Origin: Anthoceros angustus
Lineage: Eukaryota > Plantae > Anthocerotophyta
Direction: 5' to 3'
Length of the DNA stretch: 64,000 nucleotides
Assembly: GCA_010909165.1 (NCBI GenBank)
Contig: MU008205.1
Span: 248,001 to 312,000 of the forward strand
Numbering within the stretch: position 1 is the first letter of the stretch; every line of letters starts with the position of its first letter. The translations under genes and the position numbers were made by a program. The notes below the pieces were generated by a model. That model did no database searches. It was not told the DNA's origin and saw only the letters and a program-made list of their open reading frames with translations. This document shows, one piece after another, positions 62,046 through 64,000 of the stretch.

Positions 62046-63307
62046 ATGTCGTCGGCGGACGGGAAGCTCCTGCCGGGCCTGCCGGACGACCTCGCCTGCC
62101 TGTGCCTGGCCGGGGTCCCGCTATGGCAGCAGGCGCGGCTCAAGGGCGTGTCCAAGGCGTGGCGGGAATGTCTGAGCGCGCGCTTCCTGCTGGAAGTGCG
62201 CGCCCGGACCGGGAAGCAGGAGGAGTTCCTTTGCGTGTTCCGGGACGCTCTAGCGCAGGGTGAGCTGTGGGATCCCAGAGCCAGGCTATGGCGCTCCCTG
62301 CCGCCCATGCCCTGCGACCCATACAGCTACGGGCTCACCAACTTCGAGTGCGTGGCCGTGGGGTCGGCGCTGCTGGTGATCGGGGGAGCCCGCTTCGACG
62401 CGCGCTCCTACCCGATGGAGCGGCCTCTGGCCTCCGCCGCCTGTTTCCGCCTCGACACGCTCACGCGTTGGCAGCGGGTAGCGGACATGCCCACCCCGAG
62501 GGGATCCTTCGCCTGCGCCGCCGCCCAGGACCAGCAGTCCGTGCTGGTGGCGGGCGGAGGGGATCGCCATGCGCAGTTTGCGGCGGGCGGATCCCGCACC
62601 ACCGCAGTCGAGAGGTACCTGGTGCGGGAGGATCGCTGGCAGCGGCTCTCCGGGCTCAGCCGCATCCGGGCCGGGTGCTCGGATTCTTCCTCCGAGGCCG
62701 CTTCTACGTCATGGGCGGGTACGGGACTCCAAGACCATCGCCGGGGTGCTGCCCGTGGACGAGTTCTACTCCGATGGCGAGGTGCTGGATCCCGGGACCG
62801 GGACCTGGACGCCCCTGGAGCCCATGTGGGAGGAGGGCGAGAGAACGCGGTTGGGGAAGCTTGCCCTGCTCCGGGACCAGCTCTACATGCTGGACGGTGC
62901 GGCCATCTTCAGGTTCCATCCCTTCCTGATGCTGCACCGATGCCATTTGCACTCCGCCCACCACCCAATTCGATTCCTGTGCTGACCCCATCTTTTCCTC
63001 TTCTTCTTGGCACGCAGGTACGATGTGGACGACAACAGATGGTTCTTGAGTCCAGGCTGCCCGACAGCATGCTGCTAGCGGACGGGAGTCGGAGGCTGGT
63101 GGCCTTGGATGGGGAGCTGTATGTCATCCCCGGGAGCGCGCCCATGTACAGGGAAGGGGCCGGCAGGAAGAAGGGGTGATGGTGTTTCAGGTTTACGATC
63201 CCAGGAGCCGGAGCTGGAGGATGGTGCCTACCAGAAGGCCTCTGGCGCATTCGCAGGGCACCAACAGCAGCGCGCCCTTGGGAGCCATGTGCGCCATTCG
63301 ACTCTGA
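62046..63307 (+). CDS. F-box/kelch-repeat protein, OR23-like (four single-base frameshifts as assembled)
   Basis: F-box LLPGLPDDLACLCL; YGLTNF..., FDARSYPMERP, PRGSFACA, RHAQFAAGGSR, VMGGYG, PVDEFY. Intron ~62913-63017; frameshifts near 62679, 62725, 63043 and 63175. Confidence 0.85.
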
Positions 63308-63589
63308 CCTAACCCACCACCTGTTTCTGCTTCTTCACCGCAACTACTGCTCTCGTTCTTGCTGCTTGCACTAGGGACCACATTGCCAGTCTCCATATGC
63401 GGCGGGCATGGATTGGGCATGCTGGATGTGGTGTGTGTGTATGTTCTGTGGCCTCCTTCCTCCTCCTGCTTTGTACATAGGGTGTGACCGATATTAGTTT
63501 CTGGCAGCAGGCTAGCTATTGCTACCGCTTCCCCAAGAATGACTCTTGCCATGTTGTACATTATAGCCACCTTCATCTCAACCTGTCTC

Positions 63590-63865
63590 CAAACTTTGGA
63601 GGGAAAAGCAAATGTGGCTTGTGCTTGTGTTCCACATCAACCTATATCTCCGAGCTCTGGAGCGAAAACAAGGGAGGTTGTGCTTGTGTGGAACTCAAAG
63701 TGGTGCCTGTGTGGAACCCAAACTCTGGAGGAAATGAAAGGAGGCTGTGCTTGTGTGGAACCCAAACTCTGGAGAGAAAAGGAAGGGGCTGTGCTTGTGT
63801 TCCACATCGACCTGTATCTCCGAAATCTGGAGGGAAAACAAGGGAGGCTGTGCTTGTGTTTCACA
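63590..63865 (+). repeat. Complex tandem repeat
   Basis: Recurrent GCTGTGCTTGTGT(GGAACCCAAACTCTGGAG / TCCACATC) units. Confidence 0.85.
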
Positions 63866-64000
63866 CACAGCCTTGACAACGCCTACAGTCTACTGTCTAC
63901 AATTGGCTCTGCACCTCTGGTGTCTCTTTTGCAACCAAAATGTATCCAATTCCAGCTCGAATCCTATGGATGCCATTCGATAACATGACTCCGAGCTCGA

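Overview
Eukaryotic, gene-dense plant genomic DNA. Most introns are about 50-200 nt, the gene families are land-plant types, and a flagellar CFAP91-like gene is present. By inference this is a spore-bearing plant with motile sperm, such as the lycophyte Selaginella. Bases 1-~9,550 are a frameshift-riddled, DNA-transposon-like element. It carries a minus-strand Sola-like transposase N-terminus running off the left edge. It also carries a divergent, intron-containing cargo region encoding a ParB/Srx-like domain followed by a bacterial-type beta-class amino (N4-cytosine/N6-adenine) DNA methyltransferase domain, the latter tandemly duplicated, and it ends in subterminal repeats. This is the most unusual system in the window. 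An internally deleted Ty1/copia element follows (10.3-12.5 kb). The host genes, in order, are: a small spliced CX9C protein, IES6, a paladin-like phosphatase, CFAP91-like, an orphan GC-rich ORF, an intronless Twinkle, ALY/THOC4, a WNK kinase (with U12-type and GC-AG introns), an NPH3/BTB protein, a hidden 7-exon membrane-protein gene, CAT9-like and BAT1-like transporters, ACX1 and an OR23-like F-box/kelch gene. Single-base losses in G-runs in otherwise intact genes suggest residual assembly indel errors, so frameshifts should not be read as proof of pseudogenisation. All family assignments are motif recognition by eye, not database results.
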